Of a stretch of DNA of 64,000 nucleotides, positions 28,453 through 38,494 are shown piece after piece. This stretch comes from an uncultured delta proteobacterium (GTDB taxonomy: Bacteria; Desulfobacterota; Binatia; DP-6), in assembly GCA_963713495.1 (NCBI GenBank), contig CAVQLX010000007.1, positions 755,736-819,735 on the forward strand. The letters are read 5' to 3'. The notes beneath the pieces were generated by a model. It was not told where the DNA came from, ran no database searches, and saw nothing but the letters and a program-made list of their open reading frames with translations. Both the position numbers and the translations under genes were made by a program. Each line of letters opens with the position of its first letter. Position 1 is the stretch's first letter.

Positions 28453-29294
28453 ATGAGCACCGCCACCGTCGGCTCGCTGGAGCTGTACTACGAGGAGCAC
28501 GGCAGCCGGAGAGCCGCTGCTGCTCATCATGGGGCTCGCCGCCGACTCGACGGCGTGGATGTTCCAGGTTCCCGAGTTCGCCGCAGCACTATCGCACGAT
28601 CGTCTTCGACAATCGCGGCGTCGGGCGGAGCGCGAAGCCGGCCGGGCCGTACAGCATCCACGAGATGGCGGACGACGCGGCCGGGCTGCTCGACGTCCTG
28701 CACGTGCCACGCGCGCACGTGGTCGGCGTGTCGATGGGCGGCATGATCGCGCAGGAGCTGGTGCTACGGCATCCGGAGCGGGTCCACGGCCTGGTGCTGG
28801 CGTGCACGTATCCCGAGCCCGACGCCGACATCGAGCGCAACCGGCGCTTCTCGGTGCAGCAGCTCGGAGGCTCGATCACCGAGGGCGGCGACGTCCAGAT
28901 CGACCTGAAGGCCATCAACCCGATGGACTTCCTGCAGCAGCTCCTGCCCATGGTCTTCAACCAGGCGTTCATCGCGACCGAGCTGCCGAAGCTGCTCCAG
29001 GTGTTCTCGGGCGCGCTCCAGTACGGCTTCAGCATGGAGGCGATCCTGGGTCAGGTCGGAGCGGTGATGAGCCACAAGGCCACCGACCGTCTCGGACGCA
29101 TCACCGCGCCCACGCTCGTGATCACCGGCGACGCCGATCGACTGATCCCGCCCGCGAACTCCGACATCCTCGCCAAGGGCATCCCCGGCGCGAAGCTGGT
29201 GAAGATCCCGGGCGGCAGCCACGGCTTCAACTTCGAGACCCCCGAGATCTTCAACCGCGCCGTCCTCGAGTTCCTCGCCAGCGTGCGCAACTGA
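28453..29294 (+). CDS. Alpha/beta-fold hydrolase; reading frame interrupted twice (near 28507 and 28590)
   Basis: MSTATVGSLELYYEEHGS (frame of ORF 26809), then GEPLLLIMGLAADSTAWMFQVPEFA (ORF 28529 frame), then QHYRTIVFDNRGVGRS...VGVSMGGMIAQE...GGSHGFNFETPE (ORF 26148-29294 frame). Confidence 0.6.
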
Positions 29295-29357
29295 GCTCCG
29301 GTCCGACTGGACGGCCACGGCCAGAACCGGTCTGGTCTCGTGCGCCCGGGACCAGCC

Positions 29358-29639
29358 GTGGATCAAGACGTCACCAAGAAGAAGCCGCGCCAGGTCGTCA
29401 GCCGCTTCGAGCTCGCCGCATCGCGCATGGCAGAAGCGTGGCTCCAGGCCGGCGCGATCAGCGTCTCTCCGGACGACCTGCGGGTCGCCCGCGACTTCCT
29501 GACCCACACGGGCTGGACGGTCCGCGAGGTCAGCGGCGGCCTCCTACAGCTTGCCCGCAAGCGCGGTGGCCCGGCCCGCCAGATGTCCCGCGAGGCGGTC
29601 GTGCTGTTCGCCCTGCGCGGCCTGGCCGAACGCGGCTGA
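29358..29639 (+). CDS. Small hypothetical protein
   Basis: ORF 29340-29639; protein-like composition (QVVSRFELAASRMAEAWLQAGAISVSPDDL...); no recognisable family. Confidence 0.35.
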   Translation: MDQDVTKKKPRQVVSRFELAASRMAEAWLQAGAISVSPDDLRVARDFLTHTGWTVREVSGGLLQLARKRGGPARQMSREAVVLFALRGLAERG

Positions 29640-29669
29640 GCACGTCCCGCCGGCGCGGATCGTCGCGCG

Positions 29670-30743
29670 CTAGCGGATCCGGTCGATGTGATCCGCGGCG
29701 AGCTGGATCATTCCCTCCGCCACCGCCTCGCCGCCGGCCATCCGATCGTCCTTGGTCTGGCCCTTGTGCCATCGAAAATAGAGCTGCTGGACGACCACGG
29801 CCATCTTGAAGAGGCCGAAGATGTAGTAGTACGGCATCCGCGTGACGTCGCGGCCGCTGCGCTCGGCGTAGCGCGCGGTCGCCTCGGCGCGGGTCATGAA
29901 CCCCGGCGCCTGCGACGGCATCGAGGAGAGAAACGCGAAGGTCTCGCCGGCCTCGTACCAGACCGAGAGCAGCGTGCCGAGGTCGGTGAGCGGATCACCG
30001 AGCGTGCACATGTCCCAGTCGTAGACGGCGGCCGCTTTCCCGGGGTCGTCCGCCGTCACCGCCATGTTGTCGAGCCGCCAGTCGTTGTGCACCAGCGTGG
30101 GGGTCGGTGATGCCGGCATGTGGCTCTCGAGCCATCCGACGACGTCCTTCGCGACCTGCAGGTCCTTCGTCTTGGCGCGCTCCCAGCGCGCCGTCCATCC
30201 CGACACCTGTCGCGCGAGGAAGCCGTCCGGCTTTCCCAGCGTCTCCAGACCGACGGCGCGATAGTCGACGGCGTGAAAGTCGGCGAGCGTGTCGATCATG
30301 ACGGTCGAGAGCTTGCGGTTCTGCTCGGGGTCCTTCCCGCCGCCGAACCGGGCCGGCACCTCGCGCCGCACCACCACGCCGTGACGGCGCTCCATCACGA
30401 AGAACGGCGCGCCGATCACCGTCGCGTCGTCGCAGTAGAAGTAGGCGCGCGGAGCCGGCGGAAATCCCTGGTAGAGCACCGACAGGACGCGGTACTCGCG
30501 CCCCATGTCGTGCGCGCTGGCCGGGATGTCGCCGTGCGGCGGCCGGCGGAGCACGTAGCGCGCCGACGGGTAGGCGACGAGATAGGTCAGGTTCGCGTGG
30601 CCGCCCGGGAACTGCCAGATCTCCGGCGTTCCGGCCGCTCCGGGTATCTTGCCCTCGAGGGTGCGGCCGACGGCGCCGGCGTCCAGCTCCTCGCCCGCGC
30701 GGGGGGCGACGACGTCGGGATCCGGCGGCGCGAGCGTTGGCAC
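29670..30743 (-). CDS. Phosphotransferase-enzyme-family kinase (APH / ACAD10-11-like)
   Basis: ORF 29670-30743; LVHNDWRLDNMAV (Brenner motif), VYDWDMCTLGDPLTDL. Confidence 0.8.
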   Translation of the reverse strand: MPTLAPPDPDVVAPRAGEELDAGAVGRTLEGKIPGAAGTPEIWQFPGGHANLTYLVAYPSARYVLRRPPHGDIPASAHDMGREYRVLSVLYQGFPPAPRAYFYCDDATVIGAPFFVMERRHGVVVRREVPARFGGGKDPEQNRKLSTVMIDTLADFHAVDYRAVGLETLGKPDGFLARQVSGWTARWERAKTKDLQVAKDVVGWLESHMPASPTPTLVHNDWRLDNMAVTADDPGKAAAVYDWDMCTLGDPLTDLGTLLSVWYEAGETFAFLSSMPSQAPGFMTRAEATARYAERSGRDVTRMPYYYIFGLFKMAVVVQQLYFRWHKGQTKDDRMAGGEAVAEGMIQLAADHIDRIR

Positions 30744-30847
30744 GGCGAGGTCGGTAACAGCTTGCTCCCGCGTCCGTCAACCGCGAACCGTCCCCGAAAC
30801 CGCGCCCTTCTGGCAATCGGTCGGTCGCTCGATTAATGAAGGTGATC

Positions 30848-32011
30848 ATGGAAGTCACGGGCGCCTCCTTCGATCCCAAGATGCTCTTCGACCACCCCGA
30901 CCCCTACCCCATGTTCGCCGCGCTGCGTGCGTCACAGCCGGTGATGCAAGCGGAGTTCATGAATCGCACGAGCTACGTGCTCACGAAGTACGACGACTGC
31001 TTCGCCGTCCTGAAGGACGCCGAGACGTACTCGTCGCGCTCGAACGCCGAGGTGGGGAAGATCATGGGTCGCACCGTGATCGAGATGGACGCCAAGGAGC
31101 ACACCCGTCATCGCGCGCTCGTGCAGCAGGTCTTCGTGCCGAAGGGCCTCGACGGGCTCGCGCCCGTGCTCGATCGCATGCTCCACGAGCTGGTCGATCG
31201 CCTCGCCGGCGAGGAGCGCGTCGATCTGGTGACGCAGTTCACGGAGCGCTTCCCGGTGCAGGTCATGGCGCACATGGTGGGCATCCCGCGCGCCGACTAT
31301 CCGCAGTTCCAGAAGTGGGCGATCGAGATCATCGGGTTCTCCAAGGACTACCCGCGCGGCCTCGCCGCCGCCGCCGCCGTCCACGACTACCTGCTCCCGA
31401 TCATCGCCGAGCGGCGTGCGAAGCCCGAGGACGACGTGATCTCGAAGCTCGTCACCGGCACCGTCGACGGTCAGGGGCTGAGCGACGAGGAGGTGGTGAG
31501 CTTCCTTCGCCTGCTCATCCCGGCCGGCGCGGAGACCACCTTCCGTCTCATCGGCAACATGCTCTTCGCGCTGCTCACCGAGCGAGATCGCTGGGAGCGC
31601 GTGCGCGCCGATCGCTCGCTCGTCCCCTGGGCGATCGAGGAGACGCTGCGCTGGGAGACGTCGGTGCTCATGGTGTCGCGCCAGACGAACCGCGAGGTGG
31701 TGATCCGCGACGTCACGATCCCCGACGATCAGCTCGTGTCGATCGTCGTCGCCTCGGCCAACCGCGACGAGGAGCACTACGAGCACCCCGACGTCTTCGA
31801 CCTCGACCGGCGCGCCGACGACCACCTGGCGTTCGGCTTCGGACGCCATCACTGCCTGGGCTATCATCTCGCACGCCTCGAGGCGCGGCTGGCGCTCAAC
31901 GCGGTGCTCGATCGCCTGCCGAACCTGCGCCTCGACCCGAGCGCGCCCGCGCCCACGATCACCGGGCTGGCGTTCCGGTCGCCGAAGACGCTGCGGGCGC
32001 TCGCGAGCTGA
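30848..32011 (+). CDS. Cytochrome P450
   Basis: ORF 30836-32011; AGAETT, ETLRWE, and heme loop FGFGRHHCLGYHLA. Second ATG at 30848 has an AGGTGA RBS. Confidence 0.9.
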   Translation: MEVTGASFDPKMLFDHPDPYPMFAALRASQPVMQAEFMNRTSYVLTKYDDCFAVLKDAETYSSRSNAEVGKIMGRTVIEMDAKEHTRHRALVQQVFVPKGLDGLAPVLDRMLHELVDRLAGEERVDLVTQFTERFPVQVMAHMVGIPRADYPQFQKWAIEIIGFSKDYPRGLAAAAAVHDYLLPIIAERRAKPEDDVISKLVTGTVDGQGLSDEEVVSFLRLLIPAGAETTFRLIGNMLFALLTERDRWERVRADRSLVPWAIEETLRWETSVLMVSRQTNREVVIRDVTIPDDQLVSIVVASANRDEEHYEHPDVFDLDRRADDHLAFGFGRHHCLGYHLARLEARLALNAVLDRLPNLRLDPSAPAPTITGLAFRSPKTLRALAS

Positions 32012-32086
32012 GCCGCGACGCGCAGCCGGCGCGCACCATCGCGCCGCCGCTGGCTCCCCGCGCGGCCGACAGGTAGATGCCCCGTG

Positions 32087-33097
32087 ATGGCGCGCGCGAC
32101 CGACGGCAGGCGCGGCGTGATGGCACTCGCGGACCTGACGACGCCGATGGCGGTGCGCGTCGCGGCGACCCTGCGGATCCCCGATCACATCGCGAGCGGC
32201 CTGCGCACCGCCACGGAGCTGGCCGGCGTGACGAACACGCACGCCGGCGCGCTCGATCGGCTGCTGCGGCATCTCGGCAGCGTCGGGCTGGTGCGTCGCG
32301 ACGACGACGGCCGCTACGCGCTGACGTCGCTCGGCGAGGCGCTGCGCGAGGACCATCCGCAGCGGATGCGCGCGCGGCTGGACCTCGCGGGTGCCATCGG
32401 TCGTGCGGACCTCGCGTTCGTCCAGCTCCTGCATGCCGTTCGCACCGGCGGCCCGGCGTACGCCGCCCAGTTCGGCCGAGCCTTCTGGGAGGACGTCGCC
32501 GCCGACGCGTCCCTCACCGCCTCCTTCGACGCCCTCATGGGTTGCGACGTGACGGAGGAGGCGCCGGACATCCTGGCGGCCTACGACTGGGCGTCGCTCG
32601 GTCACGTGGTCGACGTCGGCGGCGGAAACGGCTCGCTGATCGTCGCGTTGCTCGCGGCACAGCCGGCGTTGCGCGGCACGGTCGTCGATCTGCCGGAAGC
32701 CGCGGAGGCTGCGCGGCACGCCCTGGAGGCGGCGGGGCTCGCCGGGCGGTGCGCGGTCGTCGCGGGCAGCTTCTTCGATCCCTTGCCGCGCGGTGCCGAC
32801 GGCTACGTGCTGTCGGCGATCCTGCACAACTGGGACGATGACGCCGCCGAGGCGATCCTGCGACGATGCGCGGAGGCAGCCGGCGACACGGGCGCCGTGC
32901 TCGTGATCGAGCAGATCGCTGCGAACGGCGCCGTGACGAACAGCGCGCGCGACCTGCGCATGCTCGTCTACTTCGGGGGACGGGAGCGCGGTGTCACCGA
33001 GCTGACCGCGCTCGGACGCGCGGCCGGGCTCGACGCGGTCGCGGTCCACGGCGCCGGCCCGAACTCGATCGTGGAATTCCGGCGGCGCCGCGAGTGA
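32087..33097 (+). CDS. Class I SAM-dependent O-methyltransferase (HIOMT/caffeate-OMT family)
   Basis: ORF 32084-33097; N-terminal dimerisation / winged-helix region, VVDVGGGNGSL, LHNWDDD. Confidence 0.85.
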   Translation: MARATDGRRGVMALADLTTPMAVRVAATLRIPDHIASGLRTATELAGVTNTHAGALDRLLRHLGSVGLVRRDDDGRYALTSLGEALREDHPQRMRARLDLAGAIGRADLAFVQLLHAVRTGGPAYAAQFGRAFWEDVAADASLTASFDALMGCDVTEEAPDILAAYDWASLGHVVDVGGGNGSLIVALLAAQPALRGTVVDLPEAAEAARHALEAAGLAGRCAVVAGSFFDPLPRGADGYVLSAILHNWDDDAAEAILRRCAEAAGDTGAVLVIEQIAANGAVTNSARDLRMLVYFGGRERGVTELTALGRAAGLDAVAVHGAGPNSIVEFRRRRE

Positions 33098-33182
33098 TGT
33101 CCGCGCGCGTCCGCTGAAACGCCAGTCGGGTCTAGTTTTTCACTCTTGCCACGTGAATGGTTTCCTGCTTTAGCTCCCGTGG

Positions 33183-33640
33183 ATGAGCTTCCTCGCCCAC
33201 ATGATGCGACAATGGCTCCGTACGAGTATCGGGGCTGGTGTTCTCATTTGGCTGCTTTTCCTGCCTGGTCCGAGCTTCGCGCTGCATCGCCAGACACCGT
33301 TCATCGAGCCGATCCCGTTCCCGGCGATCGACGGCGTGCAGAGCTTCCGGCCCTTCTGTCAGGGCGAGGCCGCGCGCTGGATCGCGTTCGACTCCACGTC
33401 GGACCTGCTGCACAACGGCAGCGGCGGCGGCGAGGTCTTCGTGTGGGACAACGATCCCGCCGGCCCCCGCCATCTGGTGCAGGTCACCAACTGCGCCACC
33501 GGCAGCAGCCAGGACGCCTCCACCGTCGCCGATGGCAAGGTCGTCGTCTTCGACACGACGAGCGATCTGAACGAGCCGAAGGCGCAGCAGTGCATCGCCG
33601 CCGCTGGCGCACCGCCAGATCATGCGGGCGACCATCAAGC
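33183..33640 (+). CDS. N-terminal fragment: signal peptide plus two PD40-like blades
   Basis: MSFLAHMMRQWLRTSIGAGVLIWLLFLPGPSFA; FDSTSDLLHNGSGGGEVFVWD; VVVFDTTSDLNEPKAQQC. It turns to junk after about 33615. Confidence 0.55.
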
Positions 33641-34480
33641 AGGGGCAGATCGGCTACGAGCAGCTCACCAACGACCTGAACGGCGACTGCACGAGCCCGC
33701 GCGTCTCGGCCGACGGCTTCAAGATCGTCTTCGAGTGCACGGGCGACATGCGCCGCAACGGCTCGAGCGGCACGCACATCTTCCTCTGGCGCGACTCGAA
33801 ATCGGTCTGCGATCCGCTGTCGATCCCGCCCTGCAGCAACGCCCAGCAGATCACGCCGAACGGGACGGGGATCAGCGGCAACGCCGAGCTGAACCTCGAG
33901 GCCGACAAGATCGTCTTCAACTCGAACCAGGACATCGACGGCCACTCGAACGGCTTCCAGCAGATCTGGCTCTACGACATCGCCGCGACGCCGCCGTTCC
34001 CCACGCCACAGCGGCTCACCAACGGCGTCGGCGACAGCATCAACCCGTCGATGGACCAGGACGGGCGGCAGGTGGTGTTCCAGTCGCAGGCCGACCTGCT
34101 CGGCACCGGCTCGACCGGCTGGGAGATCTTCCTGCTCGATCGCCAGACCGGCGTGCTGCGCCAGCTCACGAACGGGACGGGCGACAGCACCGACGCGTCC
34201 ATGGGCGGCGGCGGCCGCTTCGTGCTGTTCCTTTCCACGAGCGACTTCTCGGGCTCGGGCATCGCCGGCGGCCCGCACCTCTTCATCTACGATCTGATCG
34301 AGGACGCGCTCTACCAGGCGACGCGGCCGGGGCCCGGCACGTCCGGGCCGCCGATCGCCACCGCCGACACGATCTTCTTCTTCGACTCCGACGAGGACCC
34401 GCTCGGGAGCGGCATCACCGGCCGCCAGATCTACGCCCTCAACGTGTTCCAGCAGGTGCCGCCGCGCGCGATCGGCGCCG
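33622..34480 (+). CDS. Middle fragment: five more PD40-like beta-propeller blades
   Basis: KIVFECTGDMRRNGSSGTHIFLWR; KIVFNSNQDIDGHSNGFQQIWLYD; QVVFQSQADLLGTGSTGWEIFLLD; FVLFLSTSDF...HLFIYD; TIFFFDSDEDPLGSGITGRQIYALN. Confidence 0.6.
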
Positions 34481-35082
34481 GCGAAGATGAATCTCCTGCC
34501 GGGGACGCCCGATGGCCAGGGTGGGAGCTCGGTGCGGATCATCACCGAGTCGACGAACGGGGCGAATCCCGCGACCAGCTACATCAACGTGCCGATCGGC
34601 AATCCGGGTACCGGCGCGGGCCAGATCCAGATGTCCATCCTGGGGCGCAACATCGACAAGGAAGGGCGGGTGGCAGTGCCCACGGTGACCATCCCGCCGA
34701 TCCCGGTGCCGAGCTTCGGGGCGGTCTGCTTCACAGCAGAACGGCCCCGGCACGGGCACGGTCGACTGCGACGGCGACGCCGGCGAGGCGCACCCGACCC
34801 GCTCGACTACCGCACCCTGCAGGATCACGTGACCAACAACCCGGGCAGCCAGCCGGCCGAGGATCCGCAGTGCCAGTTCGGCTGCCGCGAAGGGCATCGT
34901 CGTGCCCGGGACCGTTCACGCCGCTTCCGAACCAGGAGTGTGGGCGGTGCGTGCCGCAGCCCGGCGTGTGCGCCGGCGGTCCGCGCCAGGGCCAGGCCTG
35001 CCAGTTCGACACCCAGTGCCCCGGGCAGCCGGCGGTGATCGATCCGACCACCGGGACGGTCCTCACGCCCGGGCGCGTGTGA

Positions 35083-37620
35083 CACCACGGCGCCGCTCAG
35101 CGATCACGCTCGGGCAACCCGCATGCGGGCACCTGTCGCGGCGTCGGCGGCCCGCGCGAGGGCCTGTGGTGCGATCTCGACAGCGACTGTCCCGCCAACT
35201 GCCTGACGCAGTCGACCTGCGACAACGGGCAGAACGAGGGCCACGCCTGCACCCACGACACCGACTGCGACCCGCAGCACCTCTGCAGCGGCGGCGAGCT
35301 CGACGTGTGCGAGGGGCCGCCGGTCTTCACCCAGAGCGGGACATACGGGCCCGGTGACCTCGAGCTGACGATCCCGATGACCGTCAAGATCTCGACGGGC
35401 GTCGGCCAGGACGGCCTCTACTGCACCGGTGACGATACGTACGCCCTCAGCGGCGCCGGCTTCGACAGCCTGCTCCGCCTCACCACGGGCAAAGCCACCG
35501 CGACGATCAGCGACGTCGACTACCAGGACGGCGTCACGATGGGCGCCTCGGAGCACGGCGCGCCGTTCAGCTGCGACAGATGGGAGAACAACAAGGATCT
35601 CTCGGGCGGCCGGCTGGTGGGCGCCGTCACGTTCCTGAACGTGCCATCCATCCCGTTCACCCACGACACGATCCTCACGTTCCGCTTCGTCGCCGACAAT
35701 CCACCCTGCGTGGGTGACACGTGCCAGAAGCCGTGCACCAGCGACTCGAACTGCGACGACGGGAATCCGTGCAACGGGCGCGAGTTCTGCAACATCAATA
35801 ACTGCGCCGCGGGCGTGCCCGTGGTCTGTGACGACGGCAACCAGTGCAACGGGCTCGAGCTCTGCAATGAGAACACGGGGCTTTGCGGGCCGTCGAACGG
35901 CATCATCTGCGACGACGACAACGAGTGCACTACCGGGACGTGCCGACCGGACTTCCTGTGTACGTACACGAACGTCCAGAACGGCAGCGCATGCGACGAT
36001 GGCAACCTCTGCACGGGTCAGAATCCGGGCTTCCCGACCGGTGGCCCTCCGGGACAGAACGTCTGCCCGGCAGGTCAGAAGTGCGACGTCTGCACCAACG
36101 GCGTGTGCGGCGGGAGCCTCAACACGGATGCCGCCAGCCTCCACTGCGAGGACAACAACGTCTGCAACGGCATCGTGGCCTGCGACCCGACGACGGGGAA
36201 CAGCTGCGTGCAGACGGTGCCGCCGCTCACCTGTGCGCCCGACACCAACCCCTGCACGACGGACACGTGTGATCCGGTGCTAGGCTGCAACTGGCCGAAC
36301 ACGGATCCGTGCGACGACGGCAATGCCTGCACGGGGCCGGACGCCTGTGACGGCCAGGGCCGGTGCATCGGCGACCTGACGCCGGAAGCCGCAGCGTGCA
36401 ACCTGGGTGACGGGAACTTCTGCAACGGCTTCGAGCAGTGCGACTCCGCGAGCGGGACGTGCGAGCACACCGATCTCGACTGCTCGGACGGCAACGACTG
36501 CACGGACGACACCTGCGATCCGGCGGCCCCCTCCGTCTCGGCCGCGTGCATCCACACTACCAACACCGCGCCCTGCAATGATCAGAATGCCTGCACCGGC
36601 GGGGACACCTGCCTCGGCGGGCTCTGCACCGGAACCGAGACGGCGGTCGCGGCCAGCTGCACCCAATCGACCGGCAACGTGTGTGACGGGCTCGCGACCT
36701 GTGATCCGGTGTCGGGCGCGTGTACGCCGCGAGTGCCGCTCAACTGCGACGACGGGGATACCTGCAACGGTGTGGAGACGTGCGACCCGTTCATGGGTTG
36801 TCAGCCCGGCACTCCCATGCCGTGTGGCCGGTGCGACTCGCTTCAGTGTGACGACGGCAACCCCTGCAACGGGGTCGAGACCTGCGATCCCGACACCGGC
36901 TGCCAGCCGGGTCAGCCGCTTGTTTGCGACGACGGCAATTCCTGCAACGGGGTAGAGACGTGTGATCCGCGCACAGGCTGTCAGCCAGGGCAACCGCTCG
37001 CCTGCAACGACGGCAACGCTTGCAACGGAACGGAAACCTGCGATCCGGCTCTGGGCTGCCTTCCTGGGAACCCTCTCATGTGCGATGACGGCAACGTCTG
37101 CAACGGAGTGGAAACTTGCAATCCCGCCTCCGGGTGCCAGCTCGGCGTCCCACTTGCGTGCGACGACGGCGATGCCTGCAACGGCACCGAGACTTGCGAA
37201 CTCACCGTGGGCTGTCAGCCCGGCCAGCCGATCGTCTGTGACGACGGCGATCCGTGTACCGACGACTTCTGTAGCCGCTCAGGAGGGTCCTGCATCTACA
37301 CGGCGATCAAGGGGACCGAGGGAGTGCAATGCCACCTGGCTGGTACTCGTTCCATCGTGGATTCTGCCGAGCCGGGTTCCATAGCGCCCCGCCTTCGCAA
37401 CCGAATAGACACCAAGCTCGAGCGCGTCGACGGACTGGTCGCGAAAGCCGCCACCGCGCCAACGATCAAACGCCGGAGGAAGTTGGCCGCTCGGGCACGG
37501 GCCGGATTGCACAAGCTGGCCCGCTTCATCGCGAATCAGCCAGGATCCGCCATCGAACCGACTCTCGTCAATCAGCTGAATTTGACGATTGCCGCGGCGG
37601 AGGCCGGTCTGGAAGCGTGA
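35083..37620 (+). CDS. C-terminal fragment: cysteine-rich region ending in about 15 tandem 39-aa CDDGNxCNGxExCDPxxGCQPGxP repeats, then an Ala/Lys/Arg-rich helical tail
   Basis: Same frame as ORF 35305-37620, which stays open back to the TGA at 35080. It reads ...TCRGVGGPREGLWCDLDSDCPANCLTQSTCDNGQNEGHAC... with no start codon or signal peptide of its own. Confidence 0.6.
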   Translation, partial: HHGAAQRSRSGNPHAGTCRGVGGPREGLWCDLDSDCPANCLTQSTCDNGQNEGHACTHDTDCDPQHLCSGGELDVCEGPPVFTQSGTYGPGDLELTIPMTVKISTGVGQDGLYCTGDDTYALSGAGFDSLLRLTTGKATATISDVDYQDGVTMGASEHGAPFSCDRWENNKDLSGGRLVGAVTFLNVPSIPFTHDTILTFRFVADNPPCVGDTCQKPCTSDSNCDDGNPCNGREFCNINNCAAGVPVVCDDGNQCNGLELCNENTGLCGPSNGIICDDDNECTTGTCRPDFLCTYTNVQNGSACDDGNLCTGQNPGFPTGGPPGQNVCPAGQKCDVCTNGVCGGSLNTDAASLHCEDNNVCNGIVACDPTTGNSCVQTVPPLTCAPDTNPCTTDTCDPVLGCNWPNTDPCDDGNACTGPDACDGQGRCIGDLTPEAAACNLGDGNFCNGFEQCDSASGTCEHTDLDCSDGNDCTDDTCDPAAPSVSAACIHTTNTAPCNDQNACTGGDTCLGGLCTGTETAVAASCTQSTGNVCDGLATCDPVSGACTPRVPLNCDDGDTCNGVETCDPFMGCQPGTPMPCGRCDSLQCDDGNPCNGVETCDPDTGCQPGQPLVCDDGNSCNGVETCDPRTGCQPGQPLACNDGNACNGTETCDPALGCLPGNPLMCDDGNVCNGVETCNPASGCQLGVPLACDDGDACNGTETCELTVGCQPGQPIVCDDGDPCTDDFCSRSGGSCIYTAIKGTEGVQCHLAGTRSIVDSAEPGSIAPRLRNRIDTKLERVDGLVAKAATAPTIKRRRKLAARARAGLHKLARFIANQPGSAIEPTLVNQLNLTIAAAEAGLEA
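36744..37275 (+). repeat. Tandem imperfect 117-nt (39-codon) DNA repeats that encode the Cys-rich modules
   Basis: Successive units begin tgcgacgacggcaa(c/t)ccctgcaacgg...; at least 5 near-identical copies visible by eye. Confidence 0.7.
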
Positions 37621-37672
37621 CGGGCCGGCGAAGGGACTTCGCGATTGGTGGAGTCGCTCATCCTTCTTCCGC

Positions 37673-38483
37673 CTACGATGTCAGGTCGGGAAGCGCCGGG
37701 AGCCGCAGATCCCGCGTCATGCGCCGGTAGGCGCCCGGCAGCAGGAGCCGCATCAGGTAGGCGATCTCGACGTAGCGCGGCACGGTGACGTCGCGCGCGC
37801 CGCGCGCGAGCCCGCGAAACACCGCGCGTGTGAAGTCCGCCGGCTCGATGAACGTGCGCTTGACGCGCTCGGGCATGCGCGCGAGGACGTCGGGCGTGAA
37901 CATCTCCGTCCGCACCAGGGCCGGGTAGACCGTCACGACGTGGATGCCGAGCGGCTCGAGCTCGTAGGCGAGCGCCTCGGAGAGGCCGGTGACGGCGAAC
38001 TTGCTCGCCGAGTACGCGGACTCGTCGGGCTGGCCGAGCTTTCCCGCCACCGACGACACGTTGACGATCCAGCCCTCGCCGCGCGCGCGCATGGCGGGCA
38101 GCACCGCGCGGATCGCCCACACGACGCCCAGGTAGTTGGTCTCCATCAAGCGGACGAAGGTCTCCGGATCCTCGTCCTTGAAGAGCGCATGGCGGGCGAC
38201 GCCCGCGCTGTTGACGAGGACGTCGATGCGCCCCCAGCGCTCGAGCACGCGCGCCGTCGCCGCCTCGACGGCCGCGCGCTGCGCTCACGTCGCACGGCAC
38301 GGCGAGCGCCTGCCGGTCGCCGCCGAGCTCCGCCGCCAGCGCCTCCAGACGGTCCGCGCGGCGGGCGAGCAGCGCGACGCGGGCGCCGCGTCCGGCCAGG
38401 TCGCGCGCGAGCTGCGCGCCGATCCCGCTGGACGCCCCGGTGACCAGCGCCACCCGATCGCGGAAATCGGCGAGGCGTGCCAC
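37673..38483 (-). CDS. Short-chain dehydrogenase/reductase (SDR); frame interrupted near 38280-38295
   Basis: N-terminus (M)ARLADFRDRVALVTGASSGIGAQLARDLA...ALAVPCDVS is in the frame of ORF 37572-39755. It continues as AAVEAATARVLERWGRIDVLVNSAGV...YSASKFAV... in ORF 37673-38248. Confidence 0.7.
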
Positions 38484-38494
38484 GGTCCGCGCGC

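Larger units (their letters stand above)
33183..37620 (+). other. Locus probably encoding one very large secreted protein: signal peptide, PD40/TolB-like beta-propeller blades, then >15 Cys-rich modules. As assembled it is broken into at least 4 frames plus one in-frame TGA (35080-35082)
   Basis: ORFs 33183-34490, 33622-35082, 34487-35038 and 35305-37620 each contain protein-like segments that continue into junk. All the beta-propeller blades lie on the same strand and share one consistent repeat style. Confidence 0.55.

Noticed and set aside
35080-35082. TGA as selenocysteine
   Set aside because: No SECIS-like element is evident, the context is Cys-rich but not a known selenoprotein family, and many indels nearby make an error more likely.
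36744-37275. Tandem 117-nt repeats, a possible CRISPR or other non-coding repeat array
   Set aside because: The repeats are imperfect, contiguous with no spacers, and in frame encoding Cys-rich 39-aa modules. No cas genes are present.
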